Part shown: positions 13,206 through 24,591 of the stretch, piece by piece | Layout: the number at the start of each line of letters is the position of its first letter | Position numbering within the stretch: the stretch's first letter is position 1 | Assembly (NCBI GenBank): GCA_963744995.1 | Contig: CAVUWA010000011.1 | Span: 416,001 to 480,000, forward strand | Length of the DNA stretch: 64,000 nt | Direction: 5' to 3' | Source of the DNA: Candidatus Eiseniibacteriota bacterium | GTDB taxonomy: Bacteria > Eisenbacteria > RBG-16-71-46 | The notes under the pieces: model-generated | Database searches by the model: none | What the model was told of the DNA's origin: nothing | The model's input: the letters and a program-made list of their open reading frames with translations, nothing else | Position numbers and translations under genes: made by a program

Positions 13206-14176
13206 AGCAGCCGCGCCCGCTTGCCGAGATACGCGAGCAGGGCCTGGTCGAACGGCGTGCGCGTGTCGAGCAGCACGTAGTCGATGCGCTGTTCGCGGCA
13301 CTGGCGGCGGTACTGCTCGGTCCAGGCGGCGAGCCTGGTCCGGTAGGTCTTCGCGATCTCCCAGGGTTGCGTCGTCAGCTGCTCGCCGGTCTCCATGTCC
13401 ACGAACGTGGAGGCGTCGGTGTAGGGGAAGTCGCGCTCGTCCGGATCGAGGATGTGAAACACGACGACCTCGTGGTGGCGATGGCGGAAGTGCTGGAGCC
13501 CCGAAAGCACGGCCGCCGGATCGTCCATCAGATCGGACATCAGCACGATGAGCCCGCGGCGCTTGATGCGCTCGGCGAGCTCGTGCAGCGCCGGACCGAG
13601 CTGCGTGCGGCCGTGCGGCTCGATGCCGCCGAGCACCTTCATGAGCACGTCCAGGTGCGAGCGCACCGCACGTGCCGGCACGTAGGCGAGCGGGCGCTCG
13701 GCGAACAGCATCGCGCCGACGGCGTCCTGCTGGTGCAGCATCAGGTAGGCCAGCGCGGCGCTCAACGACTGGCCGTACTCGAGTTTGCTCATCGCTGCGT
13801 GCTCGGAGCGGAACGCCATCGAGCCCGACAGATCGAGCAGCAGGTGGCAGCGCAGGTTGGTCTCTTCGGTGTACTGCTTGACCAGATAGCGGTCGCTGCG
13901 TGCCCACACCTTCCAGTCGATGTTCTTGAGCGGGTCGCCCGGCATGTAGGGGCGGTGCTCGGCGAACTCGACGCTGAAGCCGTGGAAGGGGCTGCGGTGC
14001 ATTCCGGCGATGAAGCCTTCGACCACCAGTCGCGCGCGCACGTCGAGGTGCGCGAGCTTCGCGACCACCGCGGGGTCGAGGTAGCCGTGGCGCGGGTCGC
14101 CGCCGCGGGCGACGCCGCGATCGGGCTGGGCGCCGGAGGCGGCGCGCGGGCCGGCGGTGCCCCTCAGTCGCGCCAT
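13202..14176 (-). CDS. DUF58 vWA-like protein (MoxR partner)
   Basis: GMHRSPFHGFSVEFAEHRPYMPGD..IDWKVWARSD..VKQY..LDLSGSM; start uncertain. Confidence 0.93.
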   Translation of the reverse strand: MARLRGTAGPRAASGAQPDRGVARGGDPRHGYLDPAVVAKLAHLDVRARLVVEGFIAGMHRSPFHGFSVEFAEHRPYMPGDPLKNIDWKVWARSDRYLVKQYTEETNLRCHLLLDLSGSMAFRSEHAAMSKLEYGQSLSAALAYLMLHQQDAVGAMLFAERPLAYVPARAVRSHLDVLMKVLGGIEPHGRTQLGPALHELAERIKRRGLIVLMSDLMDDPAAVLSGLQHFRHRHHEVVVFHILDPDERDFPYTDASTFVDMETGEQLTTQPWEIAKTYRTRLAAWTEQYRRQCREQRIDYVLLDTRTPFDQALLAYLGKRARLL

Positions 14177-14940
14177 GCGGTCCAGATCATCTCGGCCATG
14201 TCGTTGTCGAGGGGCTGGCCTTCGAACCCGCCCAGGACCTCGAAACGCGTGTACCCCGCGGTGTGGAGCAGCAGCTCCATCTCGGCGCGGAACGTCCAGC
14301 GCATCGAGAACTCGTGCTGGTGCGACCGGCCCACGTAGCCGCGCGCGTCGGACTCCACGATCTCGGCTTCGATGCGCATGGTCTGGTCGACGCGGTCGCG
14401 GTAGGCGGTCGTGTAGTACATGACCGGCAGGCCGGTCTCGGGGTGCGCGAATTCGCGCTCCAGCACCTGCTCGCCGTCGGGGCCGGCGAGCCGCGCGTAG
14501 TTCGGAAAGAACACGTTGAACAGCAGCGCGCCGCCCGGTTCCAGGTGTTCGCGGATGATGCGCAGCGTGCGCAGCTGATCCGCGGTCGTCATCGCGTGCT
14601 GGAACACGCGGAACGGCATCGTGATCAAGCCGTACCGGCGCGGCATGGTGAAGTCGCGCATGTCGGCGACGACCAGGTTCGGCTGCCTGCCGAGCGCCGC
14701 GGCCTTCCGCCGGCAGATCTCGATCATGCCCTGGCGCAGGTCCAGCCCGTCGATGTCCACGCCGGCCTCGAGCGTCGGGATCAGGATCCGCCCCGTGCCG
14801 CAGCCGACCTCGAGCACCGGTCCGTGCGCATCTTTCGCGCGGTTCACGTAGAACGCACGATCGGCGTCGTACCATGAATAGACGAGGTCGTAGAGCTCGG
14901 GGGGCGTGTAGTCGGGTAGCGTTCTTCCCGTCATCGTCAT
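14164..14940 (-). CDS. class I SAM-dependent methyltransferase
   Basis: Motif [23 protein letters not shown]. Confidence 0.9.
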   Translation of the reverse strand: MTMTGRTLPDYTPPELYDLVYSWYDADRAFYVNRAKDAHGPVLEVGCGTGRILIPTLEAGVDIDGLDLRQGMIEICRRKAAALGRQPNLVVADMRDFTMPRRYGLITMPFRVFQHAMTTADQLRTLRIIREHLEPGGALLFNVFFPNYARLAGPDGEQVLEREFAHPETGLPVMYYTTAYRDRVDQTMRIEAEIVESDARGYVGRSHQHEFSMRWTFRAEMELLLHTAGYTRFEVLGGFEGQPLDNDMAEMIWTAWRD

Positions 14941-14947
14941 TCCTCTC

Positions 14948-16279
14948 CTACGCGGCGCCGGCGCGGCGTCCTTTCCACAGGTAGTACACGGGGAAGCCGA
15001 GCGCGGAGATGATCACGCCCGCGGCGGCGCGCACCCCCTGGTCGGCGAGATCGCTGGCGATCAGGGCGACCGTGACCAGAATGAACAGCACCGGCGTCAG
15101 CGGATAGAGCGGCGTGCGATAGCCGCCCGCGGCCGGGCCACCGCGCCGGCGCAGCACGAACACCGCCGCCGTGCTCAGACCGTAGAACATCCATGCCGTC
15201 GTCACGAACCACCCCGAGGCGTCCTCGAATCCGCCGGCGAACGCGAGCCACGCACACGACAGCACGGCCTGCACCCACAGCGCCGGGCCCGGCGAGCTCT
15301 TCTGCACGTCCACCCGCGCGAGCGGTTTCCACAGCAGGCCGTCCGCCGCCATGGCGAGCGTCACGCGCGGCCCGGTGAGGATCGCCCCGTTGGTGGTGCC
15401 GAACGTGCTCACCGCCACCAGCACCGCGAGCGCGGTGCGCCCGCCGTCGCCGAGAACGCGACCGACGGTCTCCGAGCCGACCGCCTCGAAGTGGGCGACC
15501 TCGACCGGGAGGAGCACCTTGTAGTAGGCGAGGTTCACGAGCACGTAGGTGACGATGACGATGACCGTGCCGCCGATGATGGCGATCGGCAGGGTGCGCC
15601 GCGGATTCACCACCTCGCCGGCGACGAAGGTGGAATCGGTCCAGCCGTCGTAGGCGAACAGCACCGGGATCATCGCCAGCGCGAACGCCACCATCAGCGA
15701 CGGATTCCGCACCGGCGCGCTGAAGGCCTCGGTGCCGTGCGCGTGCGGCAGCGCGAACGCCGCCACGATCAGCGCGAGGATGCCGAGCATCTTCGCGGTC
15801 GTGAACAGCTCCTGCGTGCGCGCGCCCTCCTTCACGCCGAGCCAGTTGACGAACGTGAGCAGCAGGATCGCCGCGATGCCGAGCCACAGCTGGGTCCACG
15901 CCGGCAGACCGAGCGCCTCGCAGAAATAGAGCGCGAACACGCTGACGATCGAGGCGATCACCGTCGGCTTGATCACCCACAGGTTGGCCCAGCCGTACAC
16001 GAACGCCCACGCGTCGCCGAACGCCTCGCGGATGTACACGTAGAGCCCGCCGGTCTTCGGCTGCTGGACCGCCAGCTCGGTGAGCACCAGCGAACCGCAC
16101 ATCGACAGGACGCCGCCCACGATCCAGGCGAGCAGCACCAGCGCGAGCGAGTCCATCTGCTGCGCGACGCTGTGCGGCGAGCGGAAGATGCCCGACCCGA
16201 CGATGTTGCCCACGGTGATGGAGGTGGCGGCGAACAGCCCGATCTGACGCTTCAGATCGACGTCGTGGTGGGACGACAT
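14948..16279 (-). CDS. APC-family amino acid permease
   Basis: LKRQIGL, GSGIF, GGLYVY..EAFG, FAYDGW, EV.NP.R.LP, YRTPLYP; about 12 TMs. Confidence 0.93.
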   Translation of the reverse strand: MSSHHDVDLKRQIGLFAATSITVGNIVGSGIFRSPHSVAQQMDSLALVLLAWIVGGVLSMCGSLVLTELAVQQPKTGGLYVYIREAFGDAWAFVYGWANLWVIKPTVIASIVSVFALYFCEALGLPAWTQLWLGIAAILLLTFVNWLGVKEGARTQELFTTAKMLGILALIVAAFALPHAHGTEAFSAPVRNPSLMVAFALAMIPVLFAYDGWTDSTFVAGEVVNPRRTLPIAIIGGTVIVIVTYVLVNLAYYKVLLPVEVAHFEAVGSETVGRVLGDGGRTALAVLVAVSTFGTTNGAILTGPRVTLAMAADGLLWKPLARVDVQKSSPGPALWVQAVLSCAWLAFAGGFEDASGWFVTTAWMFYGLSTAAVFVLRRRGGPAAGGYRTPLYPLTPVLFILVTVALIASDLADQGVRAAAGVIISALGFPVYYLWKGRRAGAA

Positions 16280-16408
16280 GGCGGCCTAGGCCGTGCCCGA
16301 GAACGCCCCATGCGGCGTTGCTCGGTCGCTCGTCGCTGGGGCGCATGCTCGCGATACGACCCGCTCCCCGCTTCTTCGCGCCTTGCCTTGGTCGTTCTCG
16401 AACACGGC

Positions 16409-17410
<1,002 letters not shown>

Positions 17411-17596
17411 AGGACGTCCTCGCGGGCGGGCCGGTAGGTGCGAAACGCGCGGTCCATGGAGACCGCGCGGGCGAAGTCGAGGAAGCCTAGCACGGGTGCC
17501 GGAGCGTATGGAACCGCGGCCGCGCGCGGCCCGCGCGCCCGCGCGAGGATTGACCGGATGCTGACGTGTGCGCCCCGCTCGGCCCGCGTGCGGCCG

Positions 17597-18445
17597 TCAC
17601 GTCGGGCCGGCGGTCGTCATCTCGTGCTGGCGCAGCCGCTCGACGAAGCCCAGCGCCTCGAAGGTGACGCGGTGAGGGCTCTCCTCCGGCTCGTTGAGCA
17701 CCGAGACCGGCAGCCCCGGCCGCCGTTCGAGCAGCGCGCCGATCAGCGCGGCGGTGGCGGCGGGGGATTCGGCCCACAGCGCGGCGATGCGCAGGCCCGT
17801 GGGCGACACGCCGTAGACGAGGAACGGGTCGCGGCCGTCGGCGCGGCCGAGCGCCAGCGCCTCGTGGCCGCCGCGGCCGAGCAGCGACGCGGGCTCGCGC
17901 TGCCAGCACGAGCCGGGCAGGGCGTTCTCGCCGCGCGCCTCGATCGCCGCGCCGAGCAGCACGTCGGGGTCCGCCTCACGGACGCGCGCGACGTCGGCGC
18001 CCGGGGCGTCCGCGCCCGGCGGGCGCACGTACACCAGCAGGTCGCGGTGCACGGCGAAGCCGGCGCCCAGATAGGTGCGGATGGCGAACTCGTTCTGCGT
18101 GATGACCTCGAGCTGCACGCGCGCGAGGCCGCGACGCGCGGCGTCTTCGCGCATCTCCTTCGCGAGCGTGCGCGCGAGTCCCTTGCCGCGATGTTCGACC
18201 GCGACGCCGAAGCCGCCGATCCAGCCGCGCGCGCCGCGCACGCCGAGCAGCCCGAGCGCGACGGCCCGGCCGGCCGGGTCGAGCCAGAGCGGCGAGGCCT
18301 CGCGGTCGACGTCGTTCGCGCTCAGGTGGTGTTCGAGCCACTCGGGCGTCATGTGCACGGGTACGACGTAGTTCTCGTACACGCGCATGAAGGCCGCGCC
18401 CAGGGCTGCGGGGTCCAGAGTTCCGACGTGCGTGCGGTGGATCAT
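17597..18445 (-). CDS. GNAT-family N-acetyltransferase
   Basis: GGFGVAVEHRGKGLA acetyl-CoA motif, LEVI..N..AI..Y...GF; second degenerate GNAT-like half. Confidence 0.85.
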   Translation of the reverse strand: MIHRTHVGTLDPAALGAAFMRVYENYVVPVHMTPEWLEHHLSANDVDREASPLWLDPAGRAVALGLLGVRGARGWIGGFGVAVEHRGKGLARTLAKEMREDAARRGLARVQLEVITQNEFAIRTYLGAGFAVHRDLLVYVRPPGADAPGADVARVREADPDVLLGAAIEARGENALPGSCWQREPASLLGRGGHEALALGRADGRDPFLVYGVSPTGLRIAALWAESPAATAALIGALLERRPGLPVSVLNEPEESPHRVTFEALGFVERLRQHEMTTAGPT

Positions 18446-18494
18446 GGTGGCATTCTGTACCGGTACCGGGTGTCCACTTCCAGGGAGAAACCAC

Positions 18495-19025
18495 ATGCGG
18501 CAGGTCACGACGGTTCGCGGTTTCGCGTTCGGTGCGCTGGTGCTTCTGCTGGCGGCGTTCGCGCCGGCGCCGGTTCACGCCCACGACGGAGAGCACATGA
18601 CGGCAGCCGAAGCGGCCGAGCGGGACATCCGCCAGGCCGACATCGATTTCTGTGCGGCGGTCGCCGCCCACGACACGGACAGGTTCAGGACCTTCATCGG
18701 CCAGCGCGCCAAGTTCTTCGGCGGAGACGTCAGCATCGGTCCCGACGAGGTGTCGAAGGGATGGGCGCCGTTCCTGGATCCCGAATCGAAGCTCACGCTG
18801 ACGTGGGCGCCAAAAGAAGTCGTGGTCGCGGCATCGGCGGACCTCGGCTATTCGATCGGCGAGTTCGATTTCAGGAGCCCCGACAAAGAGGGCACGATCA
18901 CGTCGAAGCGCGGCTACTACGTGACGATCTGGCGCAAGGACGAGGACGGCCGCTGGCGCGCGAACGTCGACATCGGCACCCCGCCCGGCGTCGTCGACAT
19001 GACGAAGCAGATCTTCGCGGAGTAG
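18495..19025 (+). CDS. exported NTF2-like/DUF4440 protein
   Basis: GGGAG RBS, signal peptide, LTWAP..V.ASADLGYSIG, GYYVTIWRK..DG.WR. Confidence 0.85.
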   Translation: MRQVTTVRGFAFGALVLLLAAFAPAPVHAHDGEHMTAAEAAERDIRQADIDFCAAVAAHDTDRFRTFIGQRAKFFGGDVSIGPDEVSKGWAPFLDPESKLTLTWAPKEVVVAASADLGYSIGEFDFRSPDKEGTITSKRGYYVTIWRKDEDGRWRANVDIGTPPGVVDMTKQIFAE

Positions 19026-19051
19026 GTCCGGGCGCGCGGGGCGGCGGCGCG

Positions 19052-21172
19052 TCACTCGATTCGCACCAGCCGCCCCGATCGCGTTCCGGCCGCGCCTGCG
19101 TAGCGCATGAGGTAGAGACCGGGCGGGGCGGGGCGTCCGGCCGCGTCGGTGCCGGGCCACTCGATCGGCCCCGCGCCGGCCGCGCGCGCGCCGCGCCACA
19201 CCACCCGCCCGCCGGGATCGAAGATCGCGAGCCGGCCCGCGCCCGGCAGCTCGATGCGGACCGGGCCGCGTGCGGGATTCGGACTCGCGGCGAGCCGCGG
19301 CGGAGCGGGGCTGCGGGGCGGCCGCGCGCCCGCGCCGCGCCGCACCTCCCCCAGCACCGTGAAGCCGAAGCGCATCTGGTCGGGCGGCAGCGGCACCCAC
19401 AGGTCGTCTGCGGGCGTTCCCGCCGGCGCCTCGTCCGCGTCGATCCGGAACGCGTCGCCGCGGAACACGATCGTGCGGCCTTCGATGGCGGCGTCGCACG
19501 CGGGCGCATACCAGGGCTGCGCGAAGTCGGGCCCCAGCGTGGTCGTGGCGGTGACGCGCGGCCACACCCGCGCGCCCGCCGCGAACGAATCCGGCAGCGC
19601 GCGCCGTGCGGTGAATGCGACGCGCGTCGCGCGGGCCCCGCTCCAGCGCGCGGCGAACGCGCCGGGGCCGTCTTCCGCGATCGCGAGCGTGCCGGCCGCC
19701 GCGTCGCGCCACTCGGTCGCCGCGACCTCGTCGTGCCAGACGCCGACGCCGGGCGCGACCGCGACGAGCGCGGCGCCGGCGTTCAGCCGCCCGGCGCCGG
19801 TCTCGGCGTCGATCCCCGGGGCGCCCGCCTCGTCGGCGCTCGCGGCGAGCAGCGGCTGGAAGTCGGCGGCGGCGAGATCGGGGCGGGACTCGGCCAGCAG
19901 CCCGATCGTCCCGGTCGCGAACGGCGCGGCGAACGAGGTGCCCGAACCCGCGACGTAGCCCGGGTAGGTCACGCCGGTCGGGGCCGGGTGCGTCATCCAC
20001 GCCGACCAGATGTGGAGTCCGGGTGCGACGAAGTCCAGATGCGGACCGTAGGACGAAAACGCCGCGCGGCCGTCCCACATGTCGCTGGCGCCGACCGCGA
20101 TGCACAGGCCCTCGGCGGCGTAGGCGGCCGGGTACATGAGCCGCCAGGGCTCGGTGTAGCCGCGGTTGCCGCTCGCCGCGACGACCACGGTGCCGTGCGC
20201 GAGCGCGTATGCGAGCGCGAGGCGCTCGAGCCGGCTGCGGCCGCCGCCCGCGAACGACAGGTTCAGCGCCCGCGCGCCGGCGTCGGTTGCGGCGAGGATC
20301 GCGAGCGCGATGTCGAACGACGACGCGGTCGACGCCGCGCCGCTCGTGATGCGCAGCGGCACGAGGTCGCAGTCGCCGCAGACGCCGGCCATGCCGAGCG
20401 AGTCGAAGTGCACGCCCTCGCCGATCGCCGCCGCCATCACCGCGGCGACCATCGTGCCGTGGCCGAGCGAGTCGTCGATGGATCCGGCGGGGTCGGCGAT
20501 CGGGCGTGCCGCCACGATGCGCGGGCGCCCGGTCGCGGGATCGGCGAACTCGGGGTGCGCGGGGTCGATGCCGGTGTCGGCGACCGCGAGTCGCACGCGC
20601 GGCCTCGCGTCGCCGTGCGCTGCTGCGGCGCGCCAGGCCTCGGGTGCGTGCACGTCGGCGCGCAGCGCGCCGCCGTAGGCGCCGTCGGGGCCGACGTTGT
20701 AGAGGCCCCACTGGCGCGAGTCGCACAGCAGCGGCTCCGGCGGCAACGAATCGTCAACGATCCATGCGGGTTCACGCGCGTAATCGGGCTCGGCCCACGC
20801 CACGGCCGGGTCTGCCGCGATGCGGCGCGCGAGCGCGGCGAGCCCGCGCGGCGCGCCGGCGAAGCGCGAGCCGCGGGGCTCGGGCGCGGGGTCGAAATCC
20901 TGCGCGAGGCGCGCCCCGTCGATCTCGGCGCGCAGCACGCGCAGCGTCCACGGTACGTCCGGGTGGTCGAGCGTATCGCGCACGATGAGTCCGGCATCGT
21001 GCGCCCGGGCACAGAAGGCGCGCCGCCACGGGCGCGCCGGCGCCGCGTGCGGTGCGGGGCGCAGCATGATCACCAGTGCGGGGGCGGGTTCCGCTGCTGC
21101 GGCGCCGGCCGTGGGCCCGGCGGCCGCGGCGAGCACCTGGGCGAGGACCAGGAGGGTGAACGGGCGTCGCAT
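19052..21172 (-). CDS. secreted S8 (subtilisin-like) serine protease with C-terminal FlgD-Ig/T9SS-like domain
   Basis: Triad ADTG, GHGT, SGTSFAAP; oxyanion ASGN; C-terminus SPNP..IFDPGGRVV..W.G.D..G...PGLY. Confidence 0.9.
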   Translation of the reverse strand: MRRPFTLLVLAQVLAAAAGPTAGAAAAEPAPALVIMLRPAPHAAPARPWRRAFCARAHDAGLIVRDTLDHPDVPWTLRVLRAEIDGARLAQDFDPAPEPRGSRFAGAPRGLAALARRIAADPAVAWAEPDYAREPAWIVDDSLPPEPLLCDSRQWGLYNVGPDGAYGGALRADVHAPEAWRAAAAHGDARPRVRLAVADTGIDPAHPEFADPATGRPRIVAARPIADPAGSIDDSLGHGTMVAAVMAAAIGEGVHFDSLGMAGVCGDCDLVPLRITSGAASTASSFDIALAILAATDAGARALNLSFAGGGRSRLERLALAYALAHGTVVVAASGNRGYTEPWRLMYPAAYAAEGLCIAVGASDMWDGRAAFSSYGPHLDFVAPGLHIWSAWMTHPAPTGVTYPGYVAGSGTSFAAPFATGTIGLLAESRPDLAAADFQPLLAASADEAGAPGIDAETGAGRLNAGAALVAVAPGVGVWHDEVAATEWRDAAAGTLAIAEDGPGAFAARWSGARATRVAFTARRALPDSFAAGARVWPRVTATTTLGPDFAQPWYAPACDAAIEGRTIVFRGDAFRIDADEAPAGTPADDLWVPLPPDQMRFGFTVLGEVRRGAGARPPRSPAPPRLAASPNPARGPVRIELPGAGRLAIFDPGGRVVWRGARAAGAGPIEWPGTDAAGRPAPPGLYLMRYAGAAGTRSGRLVRIE

Positions 21173-21266
21173 GCGACACCCCCGTGCGGGAGCGGGTCGC
21201 GGGAGCCGTGCCGCACGTTGCAACCGGCGTGCCGTGGCACTGCGCGGCGCCGGGCGCCGGTGCGGC

Positions 21267-22136
21267 TCAGCGCCACTCGGCCGACGGGAACCCCGGCCGC
21301 GCGCTCGACGAAATGCGCAGTTCGTCGAGCATGCCCTGGAACGCGAAATACGGTTCCGGGTCGAGCGGCTGCTCGACGCGCAGGTCGCCGCTGAACGTGC
21401 CGAGCCAGTGCGGGTCGAAGAAGTTGCCCATCATGAGCGGCGCATCGCTGGCCCGCACGGAGCCGCTGGTCGCCGACTGCGAGTCCAGCTGTCCGTCGAC
21501 GTACAGGCGCACGACGCTGCCGTTGTAGGTCACGCCGACGTGGGTCCAGCGGCCACGCTGGATCGCGCGGGTCGAGACGAACGAGCGCGGCGGCGACGCG
21601 TCCTCGGGTTGGAACGCGAACACCAGTTGCCCGGGCTGACCGCGGCCCGCGATCTCGTCGAGCGAGCCGGATACCGAGGCGATCGTGGAGCTGCGCTGGT
21701 GGTAGCCGGCGATGCCGAGGAACCACGACTGCTGGTTCGCCAGCGGCGTCCAGCGCGCCACGAGCGGTGTGGCGTCGAACAGCGTGTACTCGGTCACGTA
21801 CACCCAGGTGTCGATGCTGAAGCTGCCGGTGAAGTCGAAGACCGGATTCGACGGGACGATCACGAACGAGTCGAGCGACTTGGTGAACACGCGCGCGTTG
21901 CCGAACTGGCCGAAGTCGGTGCGCGTGTCGACGCCGGCGGTGCCCGTGAGCCGGAACGGCCCCGCATCGGCGACCTCGGTGCCGCCGGTTTCGTCGAAGC
22001 GGTAGAGCGCGGTCGTCACCGAATCCACCGGCGCGCGTTGCAGGCGCGCGGTGACGTCGCCGTTGCGGCCGGGCGGCGGCGCGCAACCCGCCGCGAAGAC
22101 CACCCCGAGAACGGCCACGCTCATCCATCGGTTCAC
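21267..22136 (-). CDS. LamG/concanavalin-like domain lipoprotein
   Basis: GTGA overlap; lipobox AAGC; YRFDE, SFSIDTWV, WTHVGVTYNG..LYVDG, FQGMLDELRIS. Confidence 0.88.
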   Translation of the reverse strand: MNRWMSVAVLGVVFAAGCAPPPGRNGDVTARLQRAPVDSVTTALYRFDETGGTEVADAGPFRLTGTAGVDTRTDFGQFGNARVFTKSLDSFVIVPSNPVFDFTGSFSIDTWVYVTEYTLFDATPLVARWTPLANQQSWFLGIAGYHQRSSTIASVSGSLDEIAGRGQPGQLVFAFQPEDASPPRSFVSTRAIQRGRWTHVGVTYNGSVVRLYVDGQLDSQSATSGSVRASDAPLMMGNFFDPHWLGTFSGDLRVEQPLDPEPYFAFQGMLDELRISSSARPGFPSAEWR

Positions 22137-24295
22137 CGTGCACCTCCCGTCTGTGCGCGCCGCCGCGCCGCCGCCTCGGCCGACGCGTCGTCGCCGAGCG
22201 CCCGGAACAGCCGTGTCATGCGCTCGAGCGTAGCCGGATCCGCCGTGTTTGCAATCACCGGCCGCCACCAGTCGGCGGCTTCGCGCGCGCGGCCGGCCTG
22301 CAGGTTCACCCAGCCCAGACCGATGCGCGCGGCGACGCTCCCGGGCTCGAGCCGGAGCGCCGCGTTGAAGGCGCGCACCGCGGTCTCCAGATCGCCGGTG
22401 CGCATCGCGGTGTCGCCGAGCAGCAGCCACCCGCTGAAGTTCCCCGGATCGAGCGCGACCAGCCGCCTGAGCAGCGGGCCGGCGCGGTCGAGATGGCCCC
22501 AGGCGTGCTCGATCTGCGCGAGCGCGTAGAGCGCCCGGGTGTTCGCCCCGTCCACCATCAGCCGGGCGCGCGCGGTGTGGTAGGAGAGCAGGGTGTCGTT
22601 GATCCAGGCCGGACGGCGGCCGAAGTCCGGCCCGATCTCGTAGACGACGGCCGGATGATCGGCCGTCACCACGCGCGGGGTGAGCCCCGGCACGACCGCG
22701 GTCGTATCGAGCAGGAACGCGAGCCGCGGCCGCATCTGCACTTCGGGCCACGACACGTAGAGCCAGCGCGCGTGCTGCGCGCGCGCGTAGTCGGCGAGCT
22801 GCGCGAGGCTGTCGGCGAACGGGAACGGCACGGCTTCGAGGCCCGCGTACCAGGCGATGTGGCCCTTGCGCGCGATGATCCGGTCGCCGGGCGCAGCGAG
22901 CGTCCGCAGCGTCCGCGCACAGGTCTTCACCTCGCGCGGCAGCATGCGCAGCGTCTCCTTCTGCGCCGCGACGCTCGCCTGCAGCGCGAACGCCAGCGGC
23001 ACGATCGCGAGGAAGGGCTTGAGCCACACGCGCGGCCCCCTGCCCAGCGCGAGCGCGAACGCGTGCCAGCCGAACAGCGTGCCCGCCAGCGCGGCGTAGA
23101 CCGGCAGCAGGCCGAGCGAGTAGCGCGAAGCGTGGAACACGGGCACCAGCGTCAGGAACAGCAGCGTGCCGGCGAGCAGCACCGGCGCGAGCCGCCTGAA
23201 GGCGCCGGTGAACAGCGCGAGCAGCAGGCCGAGGCCGGCGGCGATCGCCACCGGCCAGCCCAGCAGGTCGCGCGCATCGAGCCGCAGGTGATCCCAGAGA
23301 TTGAACAGCATGCGCGAGGCGACCGCGCCCGGATCGCGCGCGATCACGTCCCACAGCGAATGGAACCCGGGCTGCATGAGCCTCTGGTAGTCGTCCCAGA
23401 CGATGCCCTGGGGCCGCGCGAAGACCTCGTAGGCGATGTTGTGGTGGAGCTGCGAGGCGAGGGGGTGTCCGCTCGCGATCGAGTAGAGCAGCCAGGGCCC
23501 CACCGGAATCGCGAAGCCGGCGAGGAACGCCAGCGCGCGCGGCAGGCGCCGCCGCCACGCCGCGACCGGGACGGCTGTCCCGGTCGCCGCGGGCGCGGCG
23601 TCCGCGCCGGCGAGCAGCACGATCACCCCCGCCGGCACCAGGTAGATGGCGTTGTAGCGCGTGAGGAACGCGAGCGCGGCGATGAGCCCCGCGCCCCACG
23701 TCGCGGCGCGGGCGCCGCGCGTGAGCAGAAGCCACAGCACGAGCGCCTGCAGCGCCGTCGCGAACGCGTCGGTGGTGGCGGAGTAGCCGTAGCGGAAGAA
23801 GTCGGCGTTCACCGCCATGAACAGCGCCGCGAACAGCGCCACGCGCGCGCCGATGCGGCGCTCGAGGATCGCGAACCAGAGGAGCAGCGCCGCCGCCGCC
23901 GAGATCACCGAGATCGTCTCCGCGGCGAGGAACAGGTCGCGGATCGGGAAACCCGCGAGCGCGAGCACGATTTCGTAGAACGGCCCGATCACGCCGTAGC
24001 GCGAGGGGTCGAGCGTGCCGTGCTGGATGAGGCGCGCGCCCTGGGCGTAGGCGCCGTAGAAGTCGGTCTCGGTGAAGTAGTCGCCGATCGAATGCGGCCC
24101 CGCGACCATGATGACGAGGGCCACGACCAGCGCGCCGGCCAGCGCCCATGCGAGCCGCGTGAGCAGCGCGGTCTCGCGGGCCGAGGGGAAGGGCGCGCCG
24201 TGAAGGGCGAGCGCGGGCGCCGCGCCGCCCGGCTTGCGCGACGCGCGGGGAGCGGCCCCGGGCCGCGTGCTGCGCCGCGAGCCGCGGCGTTTCAT
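22133..24295 (-). CDS. GT-C (ArnT/PMT-like) membrane glycosyltransferase with C-terminal TPR repeats
   Basis: ETDFYG loop, GPFYE, LAFLTRYN, PWLLY, RY.L.LLP, about 11 TMs; TPRs LDPGN/LEPGS. Confidence 0.8.
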   Translation of the reverse strand: MKRRGSRRSTRPGAAPRASRKPGGAAPALALHGAPFPSARETALLTRLAWALAGALVVALVIMVAGPHSIGDYFTETDFYGAYAQGARLIQHGTLDPSRYGVIGPFYEIVLALAGFPIRDLFLAAETISVISAAAALLLWFAILERRIGARVALFAALFMAVNADFFRYGYSATTDAFATALQALVLWLLLTRGARAATWGAGLIAALAFLTRYNAIYLVPAGVIVLLAGADAAPAATGTAVPVAAWRRRLPRALAFLAGFAIPVGPWLLYSIASGHPLASQLHHNIAYEVFARPQGIVWDDYQRLMQPGFHSLWDVIARDPGAVASRMLFNLWDHLRLDARDLLGWPVAIAAGLGLLLALFTGAFRRLAPVLLAGTLLFLTLVPVFHASRYSLGLLPVYAALAGTLFGWHAFALALGRGPRVWLKPFLAIVPLAFALQASVAAQKETLRMLPREVKTCARTLRTLAAPGDRIIARKGHIAWYAGLEAVPFPFADSLAQLADYARAQHARWLYVSWPEVQMRPRLAFLLDTTAVVPGLTPRVVTADHPAVVYEIGPDFGRRPAWINDTLLSYHTARARLMVDGANTRALYALAQIEHAWGHLDRAGPLLRRLVALDPGNFSGWLLLGDTAMRTGDLETAVRAFNAALRLEPGSVAARIGLGWVNLQAGRAREAADWWRPVIANTADPATLERMTRLFRALGDDASAEAAARRRAQTGGAR

Positions 24296-24591
24296 GAAGG
24301 CCGGATTCCGAGCATGAGGCGACCACTGTAGCGGCAACGGCGCGGAAGCGGGAGGCGGGCGGGGTGTTTCGCCCGCCGGCGCCGGCGCGTTCCACGCCGC
24401 GGACGCCGCGGCCCGGCCCGGGCACCCGCGGCGCCGCGCCGCGCGGGCCGCGGGTGGACGCCGGGGCGCGGACACGGGTATCGTTATCGCCCTCATTCAC
24501 GCTGTCGATCCGCGACCGGCGTCTCTTTCCACGAACCCGCACCGTCGCGACACCGACGGACCCGGCCTCCACCGGAGCGTCTCCCCATCCC